From positions 103,743-167,742 of IMG/VR virus record IMGVR_UViG_3300012943_000001: DNA of 64,000 bases. One strand, written 5' to 3'. Made by a program: the position numbers and the translations under genes. The DNA is from a virus. Its lineage: Duplodnaviria; Heunggongvirae; Uroviricota; Caudoviricetes. Numbering within the stretch: position 1 is the first letter of the stretch; the number at the start of each line of letters is the position of its first letter. Below, piece after piece: positions 1 to 8,392 of this stretch. Under the pieces are notes generated by a model that worked only from the letters and a program-made list of their open reading frames with translations, ran no database searches and had not been told where the DNA came from.

Positions 1-167
1 ATATGCGAGTTAAGCATGTGCAGGCGAAATGCGTCATAGAAGCTTACGAAAAATATTTAGCTCGTGGAGGATTTTATCTTACTAAATCAGACTGTGAAAA
101 ATTAAATCGTTTAGTCAAAAGAATCAAAAAGTCAAATCAAAGAGGTATTACATGTATCGTTTAGCAA
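1..167 (+). CDS. 3' end of an upstream gene (hypothetical, partial)
   Basis: Open frame 3 from the window edge to TAG at ~165-167; overlaps the next start. Confidence 0.3.
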
Positions 168-1024
168 TTATAGGGTCTCGAAAATTTTCAGATTATTCCT
201 TACTATGTGGTGAGATGGGCAAATTGCCCAAACCCGCACTCATCGTAAGTGGTGGAGCTAAAGGGGCAGATACTTTAGGCAAGAGGTATGCGGACGAGCA
301 TGGAGTACCTACGAAGATTTTCCCGGCTATCTGGCGTCCAGAAGGCGAGGGTGGCCCTATGGACAAAGGTGCGGGCATGAAGAGGAACGTCGATATCGTA
401 GACGAGTCCACCGCCGTTCTTGCGTTCTGGGACGGAGACTCTACAGGAACAATGCACAGTATCAACCTTTGTATTCTGAAGAAGAAGTTTGTCAAGATTG
501 TCTACACGGGTCTTCCAAAGAAGTTGGACGAGAAAGACATTTTCGGATTCTCTGGCAAGCACCGCTGGCTTAGTAACATGTGGCCTGTCGAGATTGAGGT
601 CAATGGTATCAAGTTCGACTCCGTAGAGAACGCGTATCAGGCTTGTAAGTTCGCTGGACAACTTGACCTTATCAAGAAGCTGTCTACAATGCCAGCTCTG
701 AAGACGAAGAGCGAAGCAAAAAAGCACATCGTCACAACGGTAGACTTCCACGGCAAGAAGGTCAAGTTCATGAAGATGCTTCTTAAGAAGAAGTTTGAGA
801 ACCCATGTCTACGTCAGAAGCTCTTGAATACTGGTACAATCCATATTGAAGAGACGAATACTTGGGGCGACGATTTCTGGGGATGCTGCCCGCAGGGTGT
901 GGGCGAAAATAATTTAGGCAAACTTCTTATGGAAATTAGGCAGGAGCTTGCTGATAATGCTACGTACAAATTCGAGCGTGCAGAGGAACGCCAACAAGCA
1001 TTAAAAGACGCACAGCAACCATGA
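152..1024 (+). CDS. SLOG (DUF2493-like) / NADAR (YbiA-like) fusion protein
   Basis: N-term IIGSRKF...IVSGGAKGADTLG (SLOG/DprA-like Rossmann); C-term KHRWLSNMWP...FDSVENAYQACKF (YbiA/NADAR motif). Confidence 0.7.
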   Translation: MYRLAIIGSRKFSDYSLLCGEMGKLPKPALIVSGGAKGADTLGKRYADEHGVPTKIFPAIWRPEGEGGPMDKGAGMKRNVDIVDESTAVLAFWDGDSTGTMHSINLCILKKKFVKIVYTGLPKKLDEKDIFGFSGKHRWLSNMWPVEIEVNGIKFDSVENAYQACKFAGQLDLIKKLSTMPALKTKSEAKKHIVTTVDFHGKKVKFMKMLLKKKFENPCLRQKLLNTGTIHIEETNTWGDDFWGCCPQGVGENNLGKLLMEIRQELADNATYKFERAEERQQALKDAQQP

Positions 1025-1836
1025 AGAAAATTCTAGTCATCGGAGATAGTTGTTTAGATGTATTCATTAAGGGAACGGTAAATCGCCTATGTCCAGAGGC
1101 TCCCGTTCCGGTCTTGAATCCTACGAGCAAGACCATCAATCAAGGGATGGCGGGAAACCTAGAGGCGAATCTCCGCACTCTTGGACCAGACAATGAAATC
1201 GTCTTCATTACGAATACGTGTTCAATCACAAAGACTCGTTATGTAGATACCGCATCCGGCTACATACTTTTGAGAGTAGACGAGAACGACAAAATCAAAG
1301 ACCCATTGACCCTTGAGAGTCTTTACAAGACACTTCTAGCAATTGACATGTCCTTGAAGGATTTTCACTCTATTGTGATTTCAGATTATGATAAAGGGTA
1401 TCTTCCGATAGATAATTTGGAGAGCATCATCTCTTGTATAAAGCAGCATACAGACGCCATTATCTTCATGGACACAAAGAAGATTTTGGGCAATTGGTCC
1501 AAACAAGTTGATATCGTCAAAATCAACTCGAAAGAGTATCAAGAGCAACTGAAGTATCATTACCATCCAGAAGACTACTGTAAGACCCTAATTGTTACAT
1601 TAGGGGCAAAAGGTTCACAAATTGTAAAAGGGGACCACGTTGTCCATGTCGAAGGTAAACGCGTAGAAGTCATGGATGTGAGCGGAGCCGGAGACACTTA
1701 TCTCGCAGCTTTGGTCACCATATATGTAAACAACGACCTCATACAAGGGGCGATGCGTTACGCTAATTTTGCGGCTGCGGTCGCAGTGTCTAAGCATGGA
1801 GTCGTAACAGTCAAAAATACAGAGGTGGAGGTTTAA
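1021..1836 (+). CDS. PfkB-family carbohydrate kinase (HldE/RfaE domain-I-like)
   Basis: ILVIGDSCLDVFI...RLCPEAPVPV N-term as in heptose-7-P kinase; GAGD motif (VSGAGDTYLAAL); ATGA overlap with the upstream gene. Confidence 0.65.
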   Translation: MKKILVIGDSCLDVFIKGTVNRLCPEAPVPVLNPTSKTINQGMAGNLEANLRTLGPDNEIVFITNTCSITKTRYVDTASGYILLRVDENDKIKDPLTLESLYKTLLAIDMSLKDFHSIVISDYDKGYLPIDNLESIISCIKQHTDAIIFMDTKKILGNWSKQVDIVKINSKEYQEQLKYHYHPEDYCKTLIVTLGAKGSQIVKGDHVVHVEGKRVEVMDVSGAGDTYLAALVTIYVNNDLIQGAMRYANFAAAVAVSKHGVVTVKNTEVEV

Positions 1837-2291
1837 TGGGAGTACAAAAGGAGGTCTTTACCTTCAAAAAACAAATCGGCGTAGGTAACGTGGGAGAGAA
1901 TTTATTCTTGAAGACCTATGCGGGTTCAACAAAGAGTACAGACCTCAAGTACGATTTCACTTATAAAGGTAAGAAGGTCGAACTAAAGACCGACACTTAC
2001 CCAATGGAAAAGACCTCGAATTTCTTTATGGAACAATACGGAAGTATTGAAGACAAGAAACTCGGCGGACCTTGGAGGGCGTCACAAGACGAAGTTGATT
2101 ATTTCGTATATCTATATCTGGCGGACAAGAAGTTTTTCTGGTTTGAAACCAAAAGTCTTGTGAAGTTCTTAGACGAATGCGTCAAAGATTTACGTGGCAA
2201 ATCTGTGTGGAACAGAGGCTATACAACATTTGGATTTGCGGTTCCAAGAGCTTTAGTAGACGATTTGATTATCAAGAGAGACCAAGCATGA
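1836..2291 (+). CDS. hypothetical protein
   Basis: 151-aa ORF, TAATG overlap with the upstream gene, no recognised motif. Confidence 0.5.
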   Translation: MGVQKEVFTFKKQIGVGNVGENLFLKTYAGSTKSTDLKYDFTYKGKKVELKTDTYPMEKTSNFFMEQYGSIEDKKLGGPWRASQDEVDYFVYLYLADKKFFWFETKSLVKFLDECVKDLRGKSVWNRGYTTFGFAVPRALVDDLIIKRDQA

Positions 2292-3058
2292 AAGAAATGT
2301 TATTCTCATACATAGGAGGTTCGTCGATGTACGGACTTCCTAAAGTAGAGAGTTCCGACAAGGACTACTACGCTATTGGCACCTACAAAGATTTAGGTGG
2401 CGAGGCTCGCCTGTACCCACGCAAGAGGTGGAATCAGAAGAAGCGTACTAAGGCATGGGACGTAGAATATATTGAGCTGTGTGCGTTCTTTACCTACCTA
2501 ATGAACGGGCATATCTTCTACGTAGAGTCTTTATTCGTTCCGAAGAACGCCGTGCATATCAAGAATGATAAGTTTGAGCGTTTGGTTCTAGACAACGTTC
2601 CCAAGCTAATAGACCGCAATCAAGTCCTCGACAATATCTTTGAGAACGCGGAGCATATACAGGCCAGAAACTTGGAATGGGTAGAACTTCTTCGAAGCAA
2701 GATTCTTCCTACCAACCCCGAGAAGAAAATTATAGCGGGCATAGAGAGGATGCATCAGGAATTTATTCGTAAGGGGTTCTTCCATAGAGATTATCTCCAT
2801 GCTATCAGAGTCGCATCATCATCCATATCATTGATGAAAGATGGCGTCTATGGTACGCAGCTCGCAGACTTCGACCCAGAGGCTTTTGAGTTTTGCAGTA
2901 GGTTGAAGCAAAGACCAGAAGATTTTGAGAAGAAGGACGTAGACCAATTCTTGGAATCTCGCCTAGACATACTAAAGAAATTCGACTTCATATTAGATGA
3001 CCAATTCGAATTCAACACGTCTTACGTGCAGTCAGTGATTAAGGAATTCTACCCTTGA
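2288..3058 (+). CDS. MNT-type (Pol-beta superfamily) nucleotidyltransferase
   Basis: GGSSMYGLPKVESSDKDYY matches the GS-x9-13-DhDh NTase motif; start moved to the ATG at 2288 (ATGA overlap) instead of 2177. Confidence 0.5.
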   Translation: MKEMLFSYIGGSSMYGLPKVESSDKDYYAIGTYKDLGGEARLYPRKRWNQKKRTKAWDVEYIELCAFFTYLMNGHIFYVESLFVPKNAVHIKNDKFERLVLDNVPKLIDRNQVLDNIFENAEHIQARNLEWVELLRSKILPTNPEKKIIAGIERMHQEFIRKGFFHRDYLHAIRVASSSISLMKDGVYGTQLADFDPEAFEFCSRLKQRPEDFEKKDVDQFLESRLDILKKFDFILDDQFEFNTSYVQSVIKEFYP

Positions 3059-3085
3059 CTCTTTTGACACTTCTGAGTAAGATAG
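3055..3085 (+). promoter_or_regulatory. sigma70-like promoter (CTTGACT...-10 TAAGAT) upstream of dnaE
   Basis: cccTTGACTcttttgacacttctgagTAAGATagg. Confidence 0.5.
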
Positions 3086-3088
3086 GGT

Positions 3089-5734
3089 ATGCCCTTTGCT
3101 GACAGCTTTAAGCCTTACGGAAACCTTGGATTACACGGCGTACGCCTTCCACAATTTCAAATTGAAAAGAAGTATTACGACCGCCTGAGCATTTCCGACA
3201 AGGCAGACAACGCAACCTTTCTTAAAGAGCTTTGCAGAAAAGCCTTCGTCGAGAAAGGTCTTGGGCAAGCAACTAACAAGGCGGAATACGAGGATAGAGC
3301 GAAGATGGAGCTGGAGGTTTTTAGAGACCTTGGCTTCACTGACTACGTACTTCTTATTTGGGACATTCTTAATTTCTGCCATGAGAATGATATTCCAGTA
3401 GGTCCGGGTCGTGGCTCTGCCGCAGGCTCTTTAGTCCTTTATTTAATTGGCATTACGAATATCGACCCAATTAAAAACGGATTATACTTCGAACGTTTCG
3501 TATCGAAGAGCCGTGCAAAGAAAACGGTCGTTGACGGCATTACGTACTTGGACGGCTCCCTCCTTCCCGACGTTGACTCTGACATTTGTTACTACAAGCG
3601 TTACAAGGTCATCGACTATATTCAGAACAAGTTCCCGGGCAGAACTTGCAAAATTCTCACGGTAAATACTCTGTCTGGCAAGCTCGTATTAAAGGAGGCG
3701 GTCAAGACCGTCCTTGAGTATGCGGAAGATGACGTTAAAGTATTAGCAGGCTACATTGAAAAGGTTTTCGGCGTAGTTGAGAGTCTACATAAAGCTGAAA
3801 CCAAAGAAGGTGAAATCAAGAAGTGGGTTAGTCTCCCTAAGAAGAAATATGAGTTTACAACCAATAAGCAGACATATGAGATTGCCCGCAAGCTAGAAGA
3901 CCTTCCAAAAAACTTTGGCGTCCACCCTTCCGCTCTCGTAGTCAGCTACGATAAGTTGGAGAACTTCTGCCCTGTCCAATTGGCGAAGGTTAAGAAGGAA
4001 GAAGAGGGTTCTGAAATCCATACCGTATCGGGATTCGATATGAACTGGGTGGCAGAGTTTGCAGTTAAGGTTGACGTACTTGGTCTCCGTTCCGTCTCCA
4101 TTGTGGATGACGTATGCAAAATGTTGAAGTTGGATATCAATAGCGTTGACCTAAGCGACCCGAAGATTTATCAACCACTTCAGGACTTGAGGACGCCGCA
4201 TGGTATTTTCCAAATCGAAGCGAATACCCAGTACAAGGCTTGCAAAGATGTAAAACCAAATAGTTTGGCGGAGGTGTCTGACCTTATGGCTCTCGCACGT
4301 CCGGGAGCCTTGGACTATATTAAGAACTATGTCGAAAACAAAGGTGGCAAAGAGGTGGTTAAAGTTCACCCTGAGCTAGACAAGATTCTCGGCGAGACTA
4401 AGAATGTGGCTTTGTATCAAGAGCAAATGATGCAGATTGCCCATAAAGTTTTTGGCTTCACACTTGATGAAGCTGAAATTTTGCGTCGTATCGTTGGTAA
4501 GAAGAAGGTAGACCAAATGCCTGAATGGAAGGAGAAAGTTTACAAGAAGGCTGAAGAAAACGGACTATCCAAAGAGATTGGCGATATGTATTGGAAGATT
4601 CTGGACGACTCTTCTAATTACTCATTCAACAAATCTCACTCTGTCAGCTATGCAACGCTGGCAACGTGGACTCTTTATCTGAAGTTTAATCATCCTCAAT
4701 ACTTCTTCCTCGCTCTTTTGAAGATGGCGAAACATGAGCCAAAGCCTCTTGAAGAAATTTCCAAGATTTCCAAGGAACTTCACTACTTCAATATAAAACT
4801 CCTGCCTCCTGATTTGCTGTTGAGCGATATGGAATTCCGCATCGAGGGTCGCGATATCCGTTACGGACTTGGCTCTATGAAGAGCGTGTCCGAAAAGACT
4901 ATGGCGGCATTGACGACATTTAGGAGTGAAGACGTTTCCAGCAAAGTGACTAACAAGTTTCAATTGTTCCAAGCAGCCAAACAGGCGAAGCTTAACATTG
5001 GCGTTCTGTCCGTTCTAATTCAAGCCGGTGCATTGGCGTCCCTAAAGGGAAGCCGTAGCTACAACGTCATGGAAGCTCAGGTCTTTAATAAACTCTCAGA
5101 CACAGAGAAGAGATTCTTATTAGATATGGGCGAAGAGTTTAACTATGATGTATTCGTGGCCCTAAAGACCATTGTCAAAGAGAAGAGGATGAGAGAGAAT
5201 GGCAAGACGCCAATCATCAAGGACACTCGTTACGCAACCATTCAAAAGCACTGCGAAAAATATCTGAAGATTTATCAGATGAACGCTAAGAACGAGCCGC
5301 TTGCAAACTGGTTCTTTGAAAATAAGCTGTTAGGTTATTCTTACAGCAGCACGCTTTATGATATCTTGAAAGGGGAAATTAAAGGGCTCTCCCCATTGGA
5401 AGACTTCGACACTTACGAACAGAATGATAAGGTTGTGTTTGCGGGCGTAGTCAAGGAAGCTAAAGCAAGCAAGAGCAAGAAGGGAAAGAATATGTTCCGT
5501 CTAGTTGTAGAAGACGGCAACAAATCTCTTGGGACAATCATGTTCGACCATACCTTTGACGAGTGGAAGATGGACCATAGGGATGAAGCGGGCAAACCAA
5601 TCTTTCCTGAAGAAGAGGATATTGTTGTCATCGTAGGCAAGAAATCTAATGACATTGTGTTTCTAGATAATATGACGGTACTAGACGGCAAAGTATACCT
5701 CAAGCTTTCTGAACTCAAAGACAAGGACGAATAA
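3089..5734 (+). CDS. dnaE: DNA polymerase III alpha (DnaE) catalytic core lacking an N-terminal PHP domain
   Basis: GPGRGSAAGSLVLYLIGITNIDP palm/fingers signature; 881 aa; the sigma70-like promoter and -10 TAAGAT lie just upstream. Confidence 0.8.
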   Translation: MPFADSFKPYGNLGLHGVRLPQFQIEKKYYDRLSISDKADNATFLKELCRKAFVEKGLGQATNKAEYEDRAKMELEVFRDLGFTDYVLLIWDILNFCHENDIPVGPGRGSAAGSLVLYLIGITNIDPIKNGLYFERFVSKSRAKKTVVDGITYLDGSLLPDVDSDICYYKRYKVIDYIQNKFPGRTCKILTVNTLSGKLVLKEAVKTVLEYAEDDVKVLAGYIEKVFGVVESLHKAETKEGEIKKWVSLPKKKYEFTTNKQTYEIARKLEDLPKNFGVHPSALVVSYDKLENFCPVQLAKVKKEEEGSEIHTVSGFDMNWVAEFAVKVDVLGLRSVSIVDDVCKMLKLDINSVDLSDPKIYQPLQDLRTPHGIFQIEANTQYKACKDVKPNSLAEVSDLMALARPGALDYIKNYVENKGGKEVVKVHPELDKILGETKNVALYQEQMMQIAHKVFGFTLDEAEILRRIVGKKKVDQMPEWKEKVYKKAEENGLSKEIGDMYWKILDDSSNYSFNKSHSVSYATLATWTLYLKFNHPQYFFLALLKMAKHEPKPLEEISKISKELHYFNIKLLPPDLLLSDMEFRIEGRDIRYGLGSMKSVSEKTMAALTTFRSEDVSSKVTNKFQLFQAAKQAKLNIGVLSVLIQAGALASLKGSRSYNVMEAQVFNKLSDTEKRFLLDMGEEFNYDVFVALKTIVKEKRMRENGKTPIIKDTRYATIQKHCEKYLKIYQMNAKNEPLANWFFENKLLGYSYSSTLYDILKGEIKGLSPLEDFDTYEQNDKVVFAGVVKEAKASKSKKGKNMFRLVVEDGNKSLGTIMFDHTFDEWKMDHRDEAGKPIFPEEEDIVVIVGKKSNDIVFLDNMTVLDGKVYLKLSELKDKDE

Positions 5735-6096
5735 TGTCACAAGAATTCTTGATGAACAGAAAGATTCTGGCTAGACATAAGCTTGTAGACTTCTATGGCT
5801 GCAACCCAAACATACTAAGCTTTTCAAAGTTCCTAGAACCTATCATGATGGAAGCGAGCCAGAAGGCTGGCTGCTTTATGGTTGGAGTGAAGGCTCACCA
5901 GTTTAATCCAGTAGGGGCGACCGTGGTTGTATTGGTTGCCGAATCGCACCTATCCATTCACACTTGGCCCGAACATCATAAGGCTCTCGTAGATATCTTC
6001 GCCTCTGGAGACCTAGACTTTGAGGCGGCAATCAATCATATTCACAACGCACTTCAAGCAACTTCACGTAAAGTGATAGACGTAGAAAGAGGATAA
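5734..6096 (+). CDS. speD: S-adenosylmethionine decarboxylase proenzyme (class 1b)
   Basis: ESHLSIHTWPE self-cleavage/pyruvoyl motif; ~120 aa. Confidence 0.8.
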   Translation: MSQEFLMNRKILARHKLVDFYGCNPNILSFSKFLEPIMMEASQKAGCFMVGVKAHQFNPVGATVVVLVAESHLSIHTWPEHHKALVDIFASGDLDFEAAINHIHNALQATSRKVIDVERG

Positions 6097-7583
6097 TGGA
6101 CGACTTCATATTTGAGGAGATTACTATTAACTCCCAAGGCAGAAATTTTGCCGCAGCAATCAAGGCGAAGGAACAGCTTTATAAATCGAAGAACATCGAG
6201 GTTTACGATACAGAAGCGTTTGGCCGCTGCCTGTATTTGGATGGCTCATTGCAGCTCTGCGAGAAATACGAGCACATGTACCATGAGGCTATCGTACATC
6301 CCGGACTGTACAACGTCCCTAGTCTTCAAAAGGTTTTGATTATTGGTGGTGGCGACGGAGGCACGCTCAGAGAGGTCTTGAAATATAAAGGTCTCAAGAA
6401 GGTCGTGTTCTGTGAAATCCTTCCTGAGATTGTAGATGTCTCTAGGCAACATCTGCCATTTACAAAGCTAGAAGATAGCTTGCAGAATCCTATCGTCGAA
6501 TTGGTTTATCAAGACGGTGCAAAATACGTACAGTCTACTAAAGAATACTTTGACGCAGTAATCGTAGACTGCTCAGACCCGCAAGGTAATTCTGAAGTCT
6601 TATACTCTAGAGAATTTTTGACAAATTGCAGAGAGAGAATTTCTCAGGATGGAAGCTTTGCCATACAAGCAACCAACGCATTTGTAAGAGACGCGTTCGT
6701 AAGAAAATTAGAGTACGAACTTCGTCGTATATTCGGTATGGTAAAGTATATGTTCGTGCCCATTCCTAGTTATGTTACAGGTGGCATAGGCTTCTTTTTC
6801 GCTGGGGATAGAAACAGCCCCAAAAGCGGCCTACCCGCAGACCTCAAGTTTATTAACGAGAGAACTATTGCGGCTGGGTTTGCAATGTGTCATGACGTAC
6901 TCTATAAAAACAAACTAGAAGAGTTGTTCGATAAATACTGCGAAACATTCCTTAACTGGAAAGAAAAGCTTAGTCCCGCAGAACTTGAATACGTGCTCAG
7001 TTCATTTCAGTTTGAAAGCGAGCCCGTGTCTGAAGAAGGGCAGGTCAAACATTTAGAGTTTGGACATTCTGTAATGAAGGGTGGCGTTAGCTGCGAATAC
7101 TTGACGGTCATGACTGAAGAGAACGACGAAGAGATGCAGCCTCTAACCAAAGAGCTTATCAAGAAAAGAAAAGCCGTTATTCCAAAAGGGCTGAAGGTGA
7201 AGGGAGTTCGATTCTGCACAATGTTTAAGACGTGTGAGTACATAATGGTTTTGACGTTGGACGAACTCCGTGTCCACTATCCAGAGCTTTATGCCAAGAA
7301 GCCAGACCGTTGTTACGATAAAGTTCGGGTGCATTTGGCGTATTCTAACACTAGGTTTTGCATGGCCTCTGCCGTATTTTCAGACCTCAGTCGCAGATAC
7401 TATGTCGGTATCATGGATTGGGAGGCGGAGCTTATTCGCCCCGGAACAGACATAAAGCTTACCAGAGACAAGTTGAATAGCTACGGAAAAGTTCTAATTG
7501 ACGCATTCGGAAGAGAAGGAGTCCGCCCTTACGAGGTAATCTGGAAAAACAAGGACTGCTACGACATCTCGTTCGCGGCATAA
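6096..7583 (+). CDS. speE: spermidine synthase-like aminopropyltransferase with a ~200-aa C-terminal extension
   Basis: VLIIGGGDGGTLREVLKY signature; DGAKY and VDCSDP motifs; C-terminal 200 aa unassigned. Confidence 0.75.
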   Translation: MDDFIFEEITINSQGRNFAAAIKAKEQLYKSKNIEVYDTEAFGRCLYLDGSLQLCEKYEHMYHEAIVHPGLYNVPSLQKVLIIGGGDGGTLREVLKYKGLKKVVFCEILPEIVDVSRQHLPFTKLEDSLQNPIVELVYQDGAKYVQSTKEYFDAVIVDCSDPQGNSEVLYSREFLTNCRERISQDGSFAIQATNAFVRDAFVRKLEYELRRIFGMVKYMFVPIPSYVTGGIGFFFAGDRNSPKSGLPADLKFINERTIAAGFAMCHDVLYKNKLEELFDKYCETFLNWKEKLSPAELEYVLSSFQFESEPVSEEGQVKHLEFGHSVMKGGVSCEYLTVMTEENDEEMQPLTKELIKKRKAVIPKGLKVKGVRFCTMFKTCEYIMVLTLDELRVHYPELYAKKPDRCYDKVRVHLAYSNTRFCMASAVFSDLSRRYYVGIMDWEAELIRPGTDIKLTRDKLNSYGKVLIDAFGREGVRPYEVIWKNKDCYDISFAA

Positions 7584-7589
7584 TTTTCC

Positions 7590-7620
7590 TTGACTTTCAG
7601 TTAAATGTCTGCATTACTCC
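7590..7620 (+). promoter_or_regulatory. conserved CTTGACTTT-type promoter
   Basis: ccTTGACTttcag...; upstream of the HNH gene. Confidence 0.4.
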
Positions 7621-7630
7621 TCGTACAACC

Positions 7631-8323
7631 ATGAAAATCGTAGCACCTCAAGACCGTACTACCCTTCTTCTTAACTCAGCGTACATGCCCATCAACATCA
7701 CGACGGCAAGGGCTGCGTTCAACCACGTCATTACGGGTAGAGTTAAGCCAATCGACCGCTTCGGTATGCCCCACGGCTTCCCAGAGGACGATAAAGGACA
7801 TCTTATCACGGACATCACCCAGCATTACTGGTTCTTGTTCAAGGACGTACTTGACGGTACGCAAGAGAAGGATGGCACCGTAACCCCTTATGACGAGCGG
7901 GATGGCATCTACTTTGCCAACCAACCCATTCTTCGAAGTGCCCAAGGCTCATGGCCTATTCCTACTATCGCTCTCACTACGAGTAAGTTTTTCCGCAACA
8001 AAACGAGCGGAAAGATTACAATTCAAAGGCTTGCGAAGCACTACAAGAACGTTTGCCAAATTTGTAACCAAAAGTTTCCAACGGCTCAACTTACCATTGA
8101 GCACGTCTTTGCCCGCTCGAAGGGTGGAGCTAACGACGAAACCAACTGCATTCCTACGTGCCAGCCATGTAATTCGCAGAAGGCGGACATCGTTCCATAC
8201 TTCGACAGCAATGGCGTGAACCTTGAAGACAAGATTCAACCTCTTCCTTCTTTCTTGGTTGCGAACCAATCAGACGCTCGTCCCGAGTGGAGTCAGTACA
8301 TCGTACCTACGTACAAGCACTAA
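7631..8323 (+). CDS. HNH endonuclease
   Basis: CQICNQKF...HVFARSKGGANDETNCIPTCQPCNSQK (HNH with Cys pairs). Confidence 0.7.
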   Translation: MKIVAPQDRTTLLLNSAYMPINITTARAAFNHVITGRVKPIDRFGMPHGFPEDDKGHLITDITQHYWFLFKDVLDGTQEKDGTVTPYDERDGIYFANQPILRSAQGSWPIPTIALTTSKFFRNKTSGKITIQRLAKHYKNVCQICNQKFPTAQLTIEHVFARSKGGANDETNCIPTCQPCNSQKADIVPYFDSNGVNLEDKIQPLPSFLVANQSDARPEWSQYIVPTYKH

Positions 8324-8330
8324 GCATCAA

Positions 8331-8370
8331 GCAAAGAATCTTTAACCGGGTTCTTTGCTTGACTTTTTGT
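8331..8370 (+). terminator. intrinsic terminator candidate (overlaps the next promoter)
   Basis: GCAAAGAA-(loop)-TTCTTTGC then TTGACTTTTTG. Confidence 0.4.
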
Positions 8371-8390
8371 AAACGATGGGTATCATGACT
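8359..8390 (+). promoter_or_regulatory. conserved CTTGACTTT-type promoter upstream of clpB
   Basis: gcTTGACTttttgtaaacgatgggTATCATgac. Confidence 0.45.
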
Positions 8391-8392
8391 AC

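Noticed and set aside
2177-2290. 5' extension of the NTase ORF (track start 2177)
   Set aside because: It would overlap the upstream gene by 115 nt. An in-frame ATG at 2288 forms the typical ATGA stop-start overlap.
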